Source: Nemertoderma westbladi | Lineage: Eukaryota > Animalia > Xenacoelomorpha | DNA: 64,000 nt | Direction: 5' to 3' | NCBI GenBank assembly: GCA_032718475.1 | Contig: JAUCBJ010007698.1 | Coordinates: 23,432-87,431, forward strand | Notes under the pieces: model-generated | The model's database searches: none | Seen by the model: only the letters and a program-made list of their open reading frames with translations | What the model was told of the DNA's origin: nothing | In this document: positions 39,801 to 51,597 of the stretch, piece by piece | Layout of the letters: each line of letters begins with the position of its first letter | How positions within the stretch are numbered: position 1 is the first letter of the stretch | Position numbers and translations under genes: made by a program

Positions 39801-40453
39801 AGATATGACATTAGTTTTTGCCATATATCTCCCTTTGAGCAGCGCGTCATGCTCTCCCTCTACCATCACAAGATTCGCCATGAAATTATCTTTCGAATGG
39901 TGTATGGTATGGCACTAATTTCCGACAAAAATTTTTTGGTCAATTTGTACCCCTTTTTGGCCACTTTTAAGCTTATTGACCCATATGCCCTTTATAATTA
40001 AACCTACTAGTGTACGACTAAAAAGCAGTACAGCACAAAAATACTTCCAAGCCGTTCTTTCTTTGGCTCAAGACTGAATGTAAACACTGCACATAGGCAT
40101 TGCGTCATTTCTCGGAAATTTTATGTACAAGGAGCCACAAAAACGCTCTCATTGGCTGACTGAACTGAGAGACGCCGTAGAACAAAGGAAATCAACACGT
40201 ATGAATGTCAGCTGTTAACCGTAGTCATAGTAACTACTGTTCAAGAGTAGCTATCACCCCTTTGCGTCACGAATTGCCATAGAATCACAAAATATGCCTT
40301 TCACAGTACACATACGGAGGAAATAGGTCTTAGATCCTCTAAAAACACCGATACAGCAATAATACGGTCTCTTACACTTATTAAATCAACTACAGAGTAT
40401 TTTAATGTAAAAGATAATAAAAATAACGGGGCAATTCAGCAAAGGCTTTTACA
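36883..40453 (-). repeat. 3' LTR (~1.23 kb), interrupted by a 2.3-kb DNA transposon
   Basis: 36883-37649 plus 39987-40453 match 50080-51314 with only a handful of differences seen by eye. Confidence 0.93.
37650..39982. mobile_element. Non-autonomous TIR DNA transposon (possibly Sola-like) inserted in the 3' LTR
   Basis: 26-bp perfect TIR gggtcaataagcttaaaagtggccaa / ttggccacttttaagcttattgaccc; ATAT duplication confirmed by the empty site aaggatatatgccc in the other LTR; no transposase ORF. Confidence 0.9.
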
Positions 40454-41511
40454 CCGCTCCCAGAAAATGGGATTTTCAGTCTATAAAATATAAAAATCAC
40501 AGTTTCTAAAACGTAAAGATACTCTAAACAGTTAGTCTTTCTTACGCAGACGGCGTTTACGCAGTTTTTTGAGGCTAGCAAGAGTCCTTTTCTCTTTGGG
40601 GGGAGCCACTTTACTAGGAGGGCCATAACTCCTGGGTGAAGGGTGCAATATGATTGCATCAGAAGGTGTAGGATTGTGGTCGAGGTATCTGCCGTTTCGA
40701 TATGCTTCTCCTCGAGCTGATTTTCCTCCGCTCGTAGCTGGATACGTTCATCCAAAAACTCTCGCAGAGAATAGGATCGTCCAAGTTCGACAACTTCTTA
40801 GAGATTCTGGATTTCCCAATCGAATTGAGATAAGGCCAATTCGTTTATCGATTGGACTCACTGTTATAACTTACGTTTATCTGAACAAACGCAGGTTTCC
40901 TTTTTGATCTTTATAAAATAGCGTTTAACTCGTTTCGTACAACGCTCTCCTTCACCTTGATGAGGGGTTGTATCGCGTTAAACGTGGACGACCATACGGT
41001 TGGATAGTGATATTAGGTGTCCGCGTCACAATCCGGCTAGGTAAGATGGGCGGCTAGCTAGAAATCACTGTCGGAGTGTTACCGATTAATTGTTAGGGTA
41101 GCACTAGATCTTTGAACAGTGAATACAGTCCGCGAGGATCCGCGACACCACCAAGATCGCAGGTCTGAGGTCCAACTAAGGAATGAGGAGGTTTGACCGA
41201 GTATTCCGGGACTCTGATCGTAGGTTTACTCCAGGATCGTTCGAGCCGAGTGAGCATAGGTGATACGTCAACAAGTTTCGGTTTACGTGGATGTTTATGT
41301 CTTTCCGTTTATTAGTTGGGTCTAGGGCATTTATCGTAATAATACCAAAGACGCACGTCTGGTAGGGTAAACGCGGGTGATATTTATTTGTTGTTACAAT
41401 GCTTCTATCAAGAATTCCAAATATACGTTGGAGTTACAGCGTCCATTTATTTCTTAAGTGTCTTTTCTTTCGAGTCGATTTCGAATAGAATTTTCGCATT
41501 CGAATTTCAGT

Positions 41512-41988
41512 TTATGGTTCCGACTCCGCTGGGCAGGATATATAGTCGACATAGTCCGTATTATGTAGATCGATAGGATGACCAGTGGTCAAGAAGTCCA
41601 TATACGTACCATTACGATGCATGTAGCGAGCAGTGAACTTTCTATAATCCAATTCACGCGTAAGTTGCTCTTGGGACATTGGCGGTTCGATATAACGACC
41701 ATCGTCCTCCGTAGTAGTTGGATCAGCGTCGCCACATATCAAGCTATCGACAAACGCTTGTAAAGGTAGAGTATATCGCTCCCCGATACTAAGACCATCT
41801 TCTATCAACTCCGTCATATCTGCTATATATGAGTTTATCCATATTATAATGAGTTTATATTTAGGCGAGCGGGCGTCGCTACCTACCCAATCAACCCCCG
41901 GACAGTACGAGATCCTCAGCGCCGATGTGTCGTCGCCGCTGTACTTTCGCCAACGACGTAGCCGCACAACGACAACGACAACCGGCAC
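41512..41988 (-). CDS. Putative accessory ORF of unknown function in the 3' internal region of the Pao element, probably part of a decayed longer ORF
   Basis: Protein-like stretch MTELIEDGLSIGERY..LTRELDYRKFTARYMHRNGTYMDFL in a GC-balanced island (~40500-42050), same sense as gag; no family recognised. Confidence 0.3.
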   Translation of the reverse strand: MPVVVVVVRLRRWRKYSGDDTSALRISYCPGVDWVGSDARSPKYKLIIIWINSYIADMTELIEDGLSIGERYTLPLQAFVDSLICGDADPTTTEDDGRYIEPPMSQEQLTRELDYRKFTARYMHRNGTYMDFLTTGHPIDLHNTDYVDYISCPAESEP

Positions 41989-43466
41989 AAGTCACTCAAC
42001 TGTCCGTCCCAAAGGCTTAGATGTACTTCAGGTTTCCTTGGAGAGTTAGGTTACTTTTACGATTGCGACTAGCTACTGTAAACACACCTTAGCAGTAACA
42101 TTCACCTATAAACTCACAAATACCACACACACAACTTGTCACAAATTACACACACTCGGGTCACTTGTCCGTTAGTCAATGCCTTCCAGAATGTCACTGT
42201 ATTATTATGTATCCTTGGATACTATCAGTGCACTATTTATTCCCTATGCTATTCAATGGGACAAGCTTTCTATTGTTCGTTTAACTCAATTCTAATTCTA
42301 GCGTGGTTGTTGCTATGGTGACATTATACAAAGCTAGCGGTAGAATTAGGGTAGTTCCAATGCATACAGATCTGGAATGTTATTTAATAGTATTCTTTAA
42401 TAGTCAATGTTCTGTTTTATACATGACTTTATGAATTTTATCGGCTATTGACTATGTTTGGGAGACTTTCACACTCTCATACGCATGATAAGATAAATCT
42501 CCGCTCCCTTGATCTATTAATTAATGGAATTTTGGGAACTTTATAAATTGCGTAAAATGGCAATTTATTAAATTCATTAAAAGGCATGAATTTAAATTTA
42601 TTCCCTGAAATTTTATTATTTGATAATTAAATGGACATATTTTGATTCTAGAACATGTCTAGGGGCACAAGATCCTTAATTCTAAGAAATTGTCTCTTTA
42701 AGAATATCGGTAAATGCTACGATATCTTAATTGACTAGAATTGTTGAAGGATCTGGATTTTACAGATTTTGACTTATTTGATTTGTAAATATTAACTAAT
42801 TAATATTTGAGATGGGCACCGATTTATTCCAGAACTTGTCTGGGGACGTTAACCACTGATTCTAGAATTTGTCTTTCAAGGATATCGGTGGGTGCCGCGA
42901 TATCTTAATCGACTAGAATTACAGATGGTCAAAGGGTTTAACAGATTTATTTTGCGTTACACGCTACTGTTAAAGGGACATCACGCTACTATATGTATTA
43001 TTTAATATACGGTATGAGAGCAATATCGCACGAAGCAATGTCAGTGTGAAGAGGCAAGTCGTTTCCAAGGTCTACCCAGAGCTTGGTTTAGCCGAGACAC
43101 GAGGATCTGAACTTTGCATTCCTAATACTCTGCCTACCAATAATACTTAAATATAGTAGTGGCTTTATTGTACTTTAATAAGTACGGACATTTCATCTTA
43201 CTGTAGTTACGTATTTATAATATAATACGGACAGTAAGGAAAGAGAAAAAATAATTATTTCTTCGCCGTCTCACTAAATATAATATAAGTAAGTATGTAC
43301 GTAATAAACACGAATATATTGCACTATTCTACAAAATAATCGCTAAATAATATTCTACTAAATTAAATAAAACGATTATAATAAAATTACATAGTAATAC
43401 ATACAGAAATATAAAAATAATAAAATAATATAAAATAATAGAGTCACACACCCACTCCATATGTTG

Positions 43467-46400
43467 TTACGTTATGGAGTCCCTAGATGTTTGAAGGATT
43501 AGGGAGGTGGTCGTGGGAAGAGAATCTTGCCTTCCACAGTTTCCGGAGAGTCCTCCATTCCCTTCCGATAAACACAAACGACCGACTGGGTGATTGAGTC
43601 GCTGCATCCTGAATACAATTCCAGGTTTCCTCTTCGTCCTGGAATAGTGACGATAGAAACATCGCTCAAAGTATATGACGGCGTCACAAAGCCGATTCCA
43701 GGAGCTATAGTGGTCCGTCGCTCTCTGCAGGAGAGGTGAGAGTCCCTGCGAGACGTCTGATGTTCCAGAGCTCCAATCGCTCTCTCTGATCTTCATGAAG
43801 GATCCACTCGCGGTGGGGAGGCCCAGATCCACGGCGTCGTCCCTGGCAACATGTAATACCGACAGATCTATCCCGGGTTCAAATAACTCCGATCCACACG
43901 TCCGGGTTTCAGGTTCGACTTTCTCCGCTCCCTTGGCTGGTATAATCTCAGTCGGAGTAAGATGGGGAGGCCATTCATTCTCCTTACTCAGGAAGTCGGG
44001 TTCACCTAATCGGTCTGTAGTATCTGTCAGTTCTTGAGGAGTTGCTCCTCTGGAAGCGATGTCCGTTGGATTAAACTTCTTGGGGCAATATCTCCATTGA
44101 TCTACCTTGGAGCTAAGATTGTCATTATCTGAGGAGTGTGGTGTTCCCTCAGTTGGGTCGTCTCCCTCACTAGTATCATCTTCCCATTTACTCCGCTGGC
44201 AGACGCGATCTTGAAGCAGTCTTTCTCTGAGCGTTCTACGGGAAGGTCCAGTAAGGTACCAACCTACTCTAGTTCTTACCGCATAGGGCTGAAGTGGTTG
44301 CGGTTGAGCAGGTCGTTTCTCTAATGTCTCCAGCGCCTCATGCGCGTTTTGGCCGATGAGTATTTGCAATCCAGGATAATCAGTCTGGAATCGAGGTATG
44401 TTAAGATGTTGGATGCTCTCATCCTCGTCCCAATTATAAAGGTCTGCTTGAGTAGTAGCGAAGTTCTTTATAGCCACCATTTTCACTGACCTGATGCTAT
44501 GTTCTCCTAGTTCGTCCTGGGGGGTGGACAACTCACATATATAATAGTCGGCAGCTACAGTAGAATTCCAAACCTGCATGATCCCTGACAGGTTTAGCTT
44601 GGTTCGGAACTTGGGTTGTCCAGCAAAGATGACTTCGGCTAGTTCCCTATCGATGAATGTTCCTGTGCTACCGGAGTCCAGGAGGGCGTTCACTATATAG
44701 CTCTTCTGAGGTCCGTGGACCCGTAACTGGACTACAGGAAATTCTCGGATTCCTATATTGGAAGTTGGCGCTTTCCAAGATGGTTGTTGATCGGAAGTAG
44801 TTAAGGTAAGGTCGCTGTCTGTGTCTTTCTCATACACGAGTGCTCGATACACTGCGGTGGTGTGTATTAGGTAACAGGATTCGTTTTGGTCGGAGAACTC
44901 GTCCGTATAGAATCCTTCCATCTCAGATTGATCAGTGTCGTTCACATCACTGAATTGGACATGTAGTTCGGACTCACTTACCTGACTCGGGCTGTTTCGT
45001 TCGAATTCCGTGTGCAACAAGATATGATGTTTTGCGCCGCACTTTGCACACCTTGCGTCGGAGTTACAGGTTCGCCGTTGGTGTCCTCGTCTGAGGCAAT
45101 TATAACACAACCGCTTATCCCACATGACTTCACGTCTATCCTCGAGTGATTTCCTCAGGAATTTATCACACGCATTTAAACGGTGGGGCCCGTCGCACAG
45201 CACACATTTCGGCTTGATGTTACTTACTTTAACCTGTGCTATGTGGTGCACACTTGTTCTTTCCTCGGGCTTTCTCACCTGAATTCCTTTAGGAGACGTA
45301 GGAGGGGTTTTTTGTACCGGTTCCCTTCTGTCATTGGGTCGAGACTTGGATTTACTTACCTGTTCTTTAGGCATTTTATTGACATAATAAGGCCTGTCAG
45401 TGTCTTTCCCGCTGTCCTCTCCTTGAGAGGTTTGGCTTTCACCGTCGTCGGTATAACATACTGGTGTTACCCTTCTCCTAGAAACGGGTTTCTCACTTAC
45501 CTTGTTTTCCAATGTCTTCTCTCTGGACTGCCTTAGGAGCTGTAATTTCACTTCTCCATCTAAGAATGACATGAGATCAGCCATGGTAGGGTCTCGTCGT
45601 TGTTGTTCCATCATATATAACACTTTCTTATCCCAGCGTGTACCTACTCCACCCTTGGGCAAAGTAGATGCTAAGGCTCCTACAACCATAGAATTCTGGT
45701 ATTCATGAGACTTACCTAACCAATCTAGTTGTCTACAGATCTCCTGAATCTCATCGGAAAACTCTATAATCCCGCTGCTAAGAAACTTTCGGGGCGCCAT
45801 TAATTTTGCATATAAATACCTAGCTATGTTAGTCCTATTACCATACCTGATGTTTAGTGTATCCCAAACTTGTCTTAATCCATCTGGATGTCCAATAAAT
45901 TTTAACGCCATTGACTTGGGAGGTCCTTCCAAGCACTCGATGAGGTATCTAAGTTTTTCTCCATTAGATAGTACAGAGTTCTGTATGTTATCTTTGTAAT
46001 ATTCATTAAAAGGTAACCATTTCATCTCATCTCCATTGAACTTGACGATCTCTCCAACCTTTACCGCTTGCCGGGCTTCGGTTCTAGCCATTTGACGCGT
46101 AAAACTTTCTTGGGCCATTGTGCTATTTAATATCGAGTTATCGGTATATAAATTTCTCTGATTATGATCAGTTCTATAGGGAATATCATTATCAACAGGT
46201 CTATAATTACCCTTAATAGGGTTCACTATAGGAGTTTCTACTTCGCTAGCAGTATATATGCGTGTAGGCTCCACACCTTGCGCATGCAATACTTCAGACC
46301 TAACAGGTTGACACATTGTTACAGAGGGTGGTGGTATACCCCTTTGTATGTTCACTAATTTATCGCATTTTAACGCGATACTTTGCTGCACCTCTTGCAA

Positions 46401-47876
46401 CTCTAGTCTACTTTCCCTTACTGTGCCCTTGAATTGCTGGACAGTCTCCTGCATCTGCCCGAGCAGGAGATCCATCCCCCGCCGTCTCTCGTCCACCCAT
46501 TCGACCGCCGAAGCGGGAGTCGCCAACGTTGTAGCGGGCGGACGAGGGACAACGGGAGACAAATCTGGAATATTTCGCTCGGGGTCCAGGACCTGAACTG
46601 TCTCCTGGGCAGTTCTACTGGGCACAAGTAGCTTAGTGCTATGTAGAGGGAATTTAGAGGTAGCTTCAGGGAGCAGAGGTGTCTCTATCACCGAAGGGGT
46701 GATTTCAAGAACAGGCCTAATTATTTCAGGCTCATCTACTATCGTAGGGAGTCTTTCTATTTTAATTATTTGGTCTGCGGGCTCTGTACTACCTACTTTG
46801 GTGTTATTTAGTTGCCTTCTAACAGCTGGAGGCAAATCAGGCAATTTCTGCCGGTGGAATGTTCTTTTGTGTCTGCTTAGACGAGATCTATTTCCTTTGC
46901 CTTCAGTATCGGTGGTATCGCCTTCTTCAGATGATGTATATCCCTGTCTTTTGGGAGTAGATCGATTCATCATCCGCATATTACTAGCTGTTAACTGTTT
47001 ACTGAAGTCGTCTTGCTTCTCTTGAAGCGTTTCCAACTCCAGTTGGGCGATCTCTTCAGCCGCTTTCCGTTCTGCTTCTGCTGCTGCTGCTTTTGCCTCT
47101 GCCGCTGCCGCTTTTACCTCTGCCGCTGCTTCTGCTGCTTTTGCCTCTGCCGCTGCTTCTGCTGCTGCCGCTTTTGCCTCTGCCTCTGCTTTTGCTGCGG
47201 CCTTTCTGTCTTCTATACGTTTTTTCTTTACTTGTTCTTCTTGTTCTCTAACGATGCGGAGTTGTTCATCGAATTTAGCTTGGTTCGCCGCTAACCTATC
47301 CACATCAATCGCATCTAACACAAGTTTGGCTCCTTCGCTATTAGGGCTAAGTCCCTCTAGCCTTCTCCTCAACTCTTCATCTCCCACAAAACGCTGATAG
47401 TCTGACAGATAGATGTCAATAGCATCCCTCTTATGCGGTTTCTCTGCTGTCACTTCGCTTTCTTCTTGAGAAGAAGTGGCGTCGGTTGATTCTTCATAGG
47501 TTGGCCGCTCATCATAAACCTTATCCGCCATCTTCGCTCCGCGTTCGGGCGTCCGCTCAACAGTATCCGAACTACTGGAGCTATCGGGCCGTTGAGAAGT
47601 AAGTCCCTGGCTCGCGGGTTGTTGCGGTTCCACTGCTTCTTGGTCCCGCTTAACTTGGGCTCGAGTACCGATGATAGACCTACGGCGCTTCACTAACTTC
47701 GCGAATTGCGAAATTGCTTCTACTAACCTAGGTTCTGACACAGCTACTGTAGGGGTTGTCTTTCTTACAGTAGGAGGGGTTTCAGACCTCGGTCTGGGAT
47801 TCTCTATACTCCTATCTGATAAACAGACTGTTGTTTCTAGGAGACTATCTGACAGAGTTTGCCTTGTGTCAGACAT
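43467..47876 (-). CDS. BEL/Pao Gag-protease polyprotein (1469 aa) fused in frame to an RNase H C-terminal remnant; RT and integrase absent
   Basis: Ala/Glu coiled coil; DUF1759 gag (KFNGDEMKWLPF..EKLRYLIECLEGPP); three Cys/His knuckles; protease NALLDSGSTGTFI; PYAVRTRVGW; then directly QWRYCPKKFNPTDIASRG and YSSWNRL. No YxDD or integrase core. Confidence 0.9.
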   Translation of the reverse strand: MSDTRQTLSDSLLETTVCLSDRSIENPRPRSETPPTVRKTTPTVAVSEPRLVEAISQFAKLVKRRRSIIGTRAQVKRDQEAVEPQQPASQGLTSQRPDSSSSSDTVERTPERGAKMADKVYDERPTYEESTDATSSQEESEVTAEKPHKRDAIDIYLSDYQRFVGDEELRRRLEGLSPNSEGAKLVLDAIDVDRLAANQAKFDEQLRIVREQEEQVKKKRIEDRKAAAKAEAEAKAAAAEAAAEAKAAEAAAEVKAAAAEAKAAAAEAERKAAEEIAQLELETLQEKQDDFSKQLTASNMRMMNRSTPKRQGYTSSEEGDTTDTEGKGNRSRLSRHKRTFHRQKLPDLPPAVRRQLNNTKVGSTEPADQIIKIERLPTIVDEPEIIRPVLEITPSVIETPLLPEATSKFPLHSTKLLVPSRTAQETVQVLDPERNIPDLSPVVPRPPATTLATPASAVEWVDERRRGMDLLLGQMQETVQQFKGTVRESRLELQEVQQSIALKCDKLVNIQRGIPPPSVTMCQPVRSEVLHAQGVEPTRIYTASEVETPIVNPIKGNYRPVDNDIPYRTDHNQRNLYTDNSILNSTMAQESFTRQMARTEARQAVKVGEIVKFNGDEMKWLPFNEYYKDNIQNSVLSNGEKLRYLIECLEGPPKSMALKFIGHPDGLRQVWDTLNIRYGNRTNIARYLYAKLMAPRKFLSSGIIEFSDEIQEICRQLDWLGKSHEYQNSMVVGALASTLPKGGVGTRWDKKVLYMMEQQRRDPTMADLMSFLDGEVKLQLLRQSREKTLENKVSEKPVSRRRVTPVCYTDDGESQTSQGEDSGKDTDRPYYVNKMPKEQVSKSKSRPNDRREPVQKTPPTSPKGIQVRKPEERTSVHHIAQVKVSNIKPKCVLCDGPHRLNACDKFLRKSLEDRREVMWDKRLCYNCLRRGHQRRTCNSDARCAKCGAKHHILLHTEFERNSPSQVSESELHVQFSDVNDTDQSEMEGFYTDEFSDQNESCYLIHTTAVYRALVYEKDTDSDLTLTTSDQQPSWKAPTSNIGIREFPVVQLRVHGPQKSYIVNALLDSGSTGTFIDRELAEVIFAGQPKFRTKLNLSGIMQVWNSTVAADYYICELSTPQDELGEHSIRSVKMVAIKNFATTQADLYNWDEDESIQHLNIPRFQTDYPGLQILIGQNAHEALETLEKRPAQPQPLQPYAVRTRVGWYLTGPSRRTLRERLLQDRVCQRSKWEDDTSEGDDPTEGTPHSSDNDNLSSKVDQWRYCPKKFNPTDIASRGATPQELTDTTDRLGEPDFLSKENEWPPHLTPTEIIPAKGAEKVEPETRTCGSELFEPGIDLSVLHVARDDAVDLGLPTASGSFMKIRESDWSSGTSDVSQGLSPLLQRATDHYSSWNRLCDAVIYFERCFYRHYSRTKRKPGIVFRMQRLNHPVGRLCLSEGNGGLSGNCGRQDSLPTTTSLILQTSRDSIT

Positions 47877-49229
47877 GTTTGTTTGTACAGTTGGATGCCT
47901 ACTGCTATATTACAGTCTAAGCAAGTCTAGTAATTCAGTATTAACTGCTAGCCTAGTAATTAATTACCGGTACTGCTACTCAGTGTAGCGTGATATATAT
48001 AATATATTAGAATACCAGTATGCCTATAGTATATATAAGTATTATTACAGACTAGGTTTATCACAGAATACCGGTATAATTTTAGCACAAATATATATAA
48101 ATATATAATAGGCCTATCGGGAATACCGGTATACAGCTTACAGTTTGTAGTATATATAATTCTGGAATAGAATTAATTACATGTACCGGTATAATTTTAG
48201 CCTAGATTTATAGAAATAAGATAATAGGCCTATCGTAAATACCGGTATATCAATTATTTTGGAATAATTGAATTTCAGAACTTTAGGGTTACTTGGTTAC
48301 TTTAACTTACTTTATTACCGTTATTTAAGCAGTAATCCAACTGATATTGAGACCTAATGGTTGTATGGTAGGCCTACGATTTATAAATCGTTAGATTTGA
48401 TTTATAATATATATATACCCGTTTTAATGGGTTTTGTCAATGTTTGAAATAAATGTTATTATTTCTGGGGAGTAATCACTACACAAAGCGGTGCGCTTTC
48501 AGTGAAGTGTTACGTACAGGACACTAAAACAAATAATACTAATTTACCTAAGTTACTTAATACTACAAATTACGTACAATTCGGGTTGAGATTACAATCT
48601 CTAAATAAACACAAAAATTTACAAAAACACAAATACGAATTTTTAGGGTAATTTTACAAGAAGTCTACAAACCAGCCTAACAAAGGGTTAGAAAAACCGG
48701 TTATTACAGCGGACAGGGTACTACGGTATTTGAAATAATAAGTAGTAGTAAATACACTGCGTTGTCTAGATAGGAAAATGCCACCGCCTGACGACCTATA
48801 GCCGTATCGCTATAGGTTCTACGTTATGTATCACGGAGTGTTCCTACCTAGAAGTTAATAGAGCTAATCGAATGTGCCTATCAACCACTTTACAACACAA
48901 ATATAATGCCTACAATAATTACTTCGGAAAGCACCGTACACTAAACCCTAAATTAGGTACGAGTACTTGTATAACAAATAATCAGTAGTTAAATATACTT
49001 GAACAGCTAAAAGAACCACGGCATCTGCTGGAGTGACCGATGCACAAAATCACCAGTCTTTACCTACGCCGAGCAGCCCGTGTAGTACCGAGGTTAATTT
49101 AACTATAACGGTATGTATAACAAACACAATTACTGTAGGAACAAACTTGGGGAATGAATGTTGCGGATAATCGCATAAACTCTGAATAATAAATATTACG
49201 CTACGCGTACAAACTACTCAAACAAAATA

Positions 49230-49770
49230 CAGACCGAACACTGACAGACTACTATCAAGCCTAAACAAACTACGGTATATGCAGACTCCGAAATGATTAG
49301 GGAGTATGCGCTCTAACCCAGTAGTGCGACTTATTCTTTAGTTGGGGGTTTACCTTACCGCATTGGCTGCCCCTACTGCCTAATCGTACTTAATCGGACA
49401 GATGATCTACACACGCGGCAATCCGTTCAGACCTAATAACAGCCAGACAACTATCCAGCCTACAAATTATCTAAATAAAATTATACGCTACCCGTACAGA
49501 CTTACACAAACAAAGTACAGACTAAACGATGGCAGACTACTCTCAAGCCTAAATAAACCACAGGACATGCAGACTCCGAAATGATTAGGGAGTATGCGCT
49601 CTAACCCAGTAGTGCGACTTATTCTTTAGTTGGGGGTTTACCCTACCGCATTGGCTGCCCCTACTTCCTAACCGTACTTAATCGGACAAGTGCTCTACAC
49701 ACACTGCAATTCGTTCGGACTTAACAGCAATCAGACAACAGCTCAGCCTACAAATCGTCTGTACAATCTG
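49230..49770. repeat. ~288-bp tandem duplication in the 5' leader of the Pao element
   Basis: gcagactccgaaatgattagggagtatgcgctctaacccagtagtgcg.. at 49281 and 49569. Confidence 0.85.
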
Positions 49771-50079
49771 ATCAGGCTTACACGCCTTCTGTTCAATACT
49801 GGCCTACAAATAAATAAAACTTGACAGAAATAAGTAAAATCTCAATAAAAAATCAGGGCGGCCGTTCCCTGATTAAGTACTAAGACCTACCGGTATACAA
49901 CTATCAAAATCGAATAATACTGCTGTACCTGTACTGCTGTAGGTACCGGTCCGGGTGGTTAGGTAGTCAGGCCTACTGGTACCGGTTCTGGCAGTTGGGC
50001 CTACTGACCTACAGATGTACCGGTTGACCGGTACTTTTAACTTTATTGCTTACTGCAATAATGAAGCTATATCCTTTAA

Positions 50080-51314
50080 TGTTCGCGCTTTCAGACCTTT
50101 GGCAGTTTAACCCGCCAAATTAGAATGTCTTCTAGATAATAAATCTGCTTTTTAGTCTATGACAAGTATTTGATTCACTACACTAGTCGAAACCAATCCG
50201 TGCGCGACCATTCACCCGCTGGATATTCCCGGGAGATTGGGTTCGACGGTTTAATTTTTATTGCTATGTAAGCCTAATGTATTATTCGACTGACAGTATT
50301 ATATAATCTCTGACAATATTATTCACCTTCGGTAATATTAACAGTTCCTTTAGGACGTGGCGCTTTATCTATATAAACAGAGTTATGACTTAAACTACTC
50401 GCAACGATATGGCTTAATTATAATCCACATATATGGCGCATTCTTTAGGAATTGCTTCTTTAACAGACTCACTCATACACTATGCTGCACAATACTGCAC
50501 ACTAATCTGCCAATCTTCACTGATTTTAGTCACATATAAAAGGAATACAGGCTGACTCATGTAGGGTCTATCAAATAACATTAGATTCACTTCAAACCAC
50601 TTTAACATAAGTCACAATCGTTATTGGTAACCTTTCTCTCTTACCTTCGGTATATCAAGAATATTGGGTTGCGGGGTCATTTATCGTTATTCCAAATATA
50701 ATTATTCATCAACCATATTATGAAGAACTGACAGCAAATAGCAGTATAAAACAACAAGTCAGTACCGGTAGGTACTGCACATAGGCATGAGATATTCAAG
50801 TAGTCAGTTTGCAGTCATCAGAGTCTTTAGGTAGTTAAAGGATATATGCCCTTTATAATTAAACCTACTAGTGTACGACTAAAAAGCAGTACAGCACAAA
50901 AATACTTCCAAGCCGTTCTTTCTTTGGCTCAAGACTGAATGAAAACACTGCACATAGGCATTGCGTCATTTCTCGGAAATTTTATGTACAAGGAGCCACA
51001 AAAACGCTCTCATTGGCTGACTGAACTGAAAGACGCCGTAGAACAAAGGAAATCAACACGTATGAATGTCAGCTGTTAACCGTAGTCATAGTAACTACTG
51101 TTCAAGAGTAGCTATCACCCCTTTGCGTCACGAATTGCCATAGAATCACAAAATATGCCTTTCACAGTACACATACGGAGGAAATAGGTCTTAGATCCTC
51201 TAAAAACACCGATACAGCAATAATACGGTCTCTTACACTTATTAAATCAACTACAGAGTATTTTAATGTAAAAGATAATAAAAATAACGGGGCAATTCAG
51301 CAAAGGCTTTTACA
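50080..51314 (-). repeat. 5' LTR (1235 bp)
   Basis: Element sense TGTAAAAGCC...GCGCGAACA; matches the 3' LTR. Confidence 0.93.
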
Positions 51315-51597
51315 AATATATGTCACAATATTGGTCTGTCGGTAGCTGGTCAATGAATCTCTCATAAATTTGTTAATTAGTCGCTGCTCAGTCATTGAAC
51401 ATTTGAACACGTGCTGCTCGAAGACCCCACAACGTGTAATTGTGCTGTTGGTGATATACGTCACAAGGTACACTACCTACTACAGTAACTCACTAAACAC
51501 AAATTTGGTTTTGTATTTTATTACTGGATGTGATCCTAATGCCAGCTTTCAAATTTGACGGCGTCGTGTCTGTCTATATGCTAGTTTATCAAAATAT

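Larger units (their letters stand above)
36883..51314 (-). mobile_element. Complete non-autonomous BEL/Pao LTR retrotransposon (gag-protease only)
   Basis: Direct repeats TG..CA at 36883-40453 (interrupted) and 50080-51314; 5-bp TSD AATAT at 36878-36882 and 51315-51319; PPT-like GGGAGCGG abutting the 3' LTR; internal Pao ORF. Confidence 0.93.

Noticed and set aside
40560-40660. F-box-like motif (TLHPGVMALLVKWLPPKRKGLLLASK)
   Set aside because: Resemblance is too weak to assert without an HMM search.
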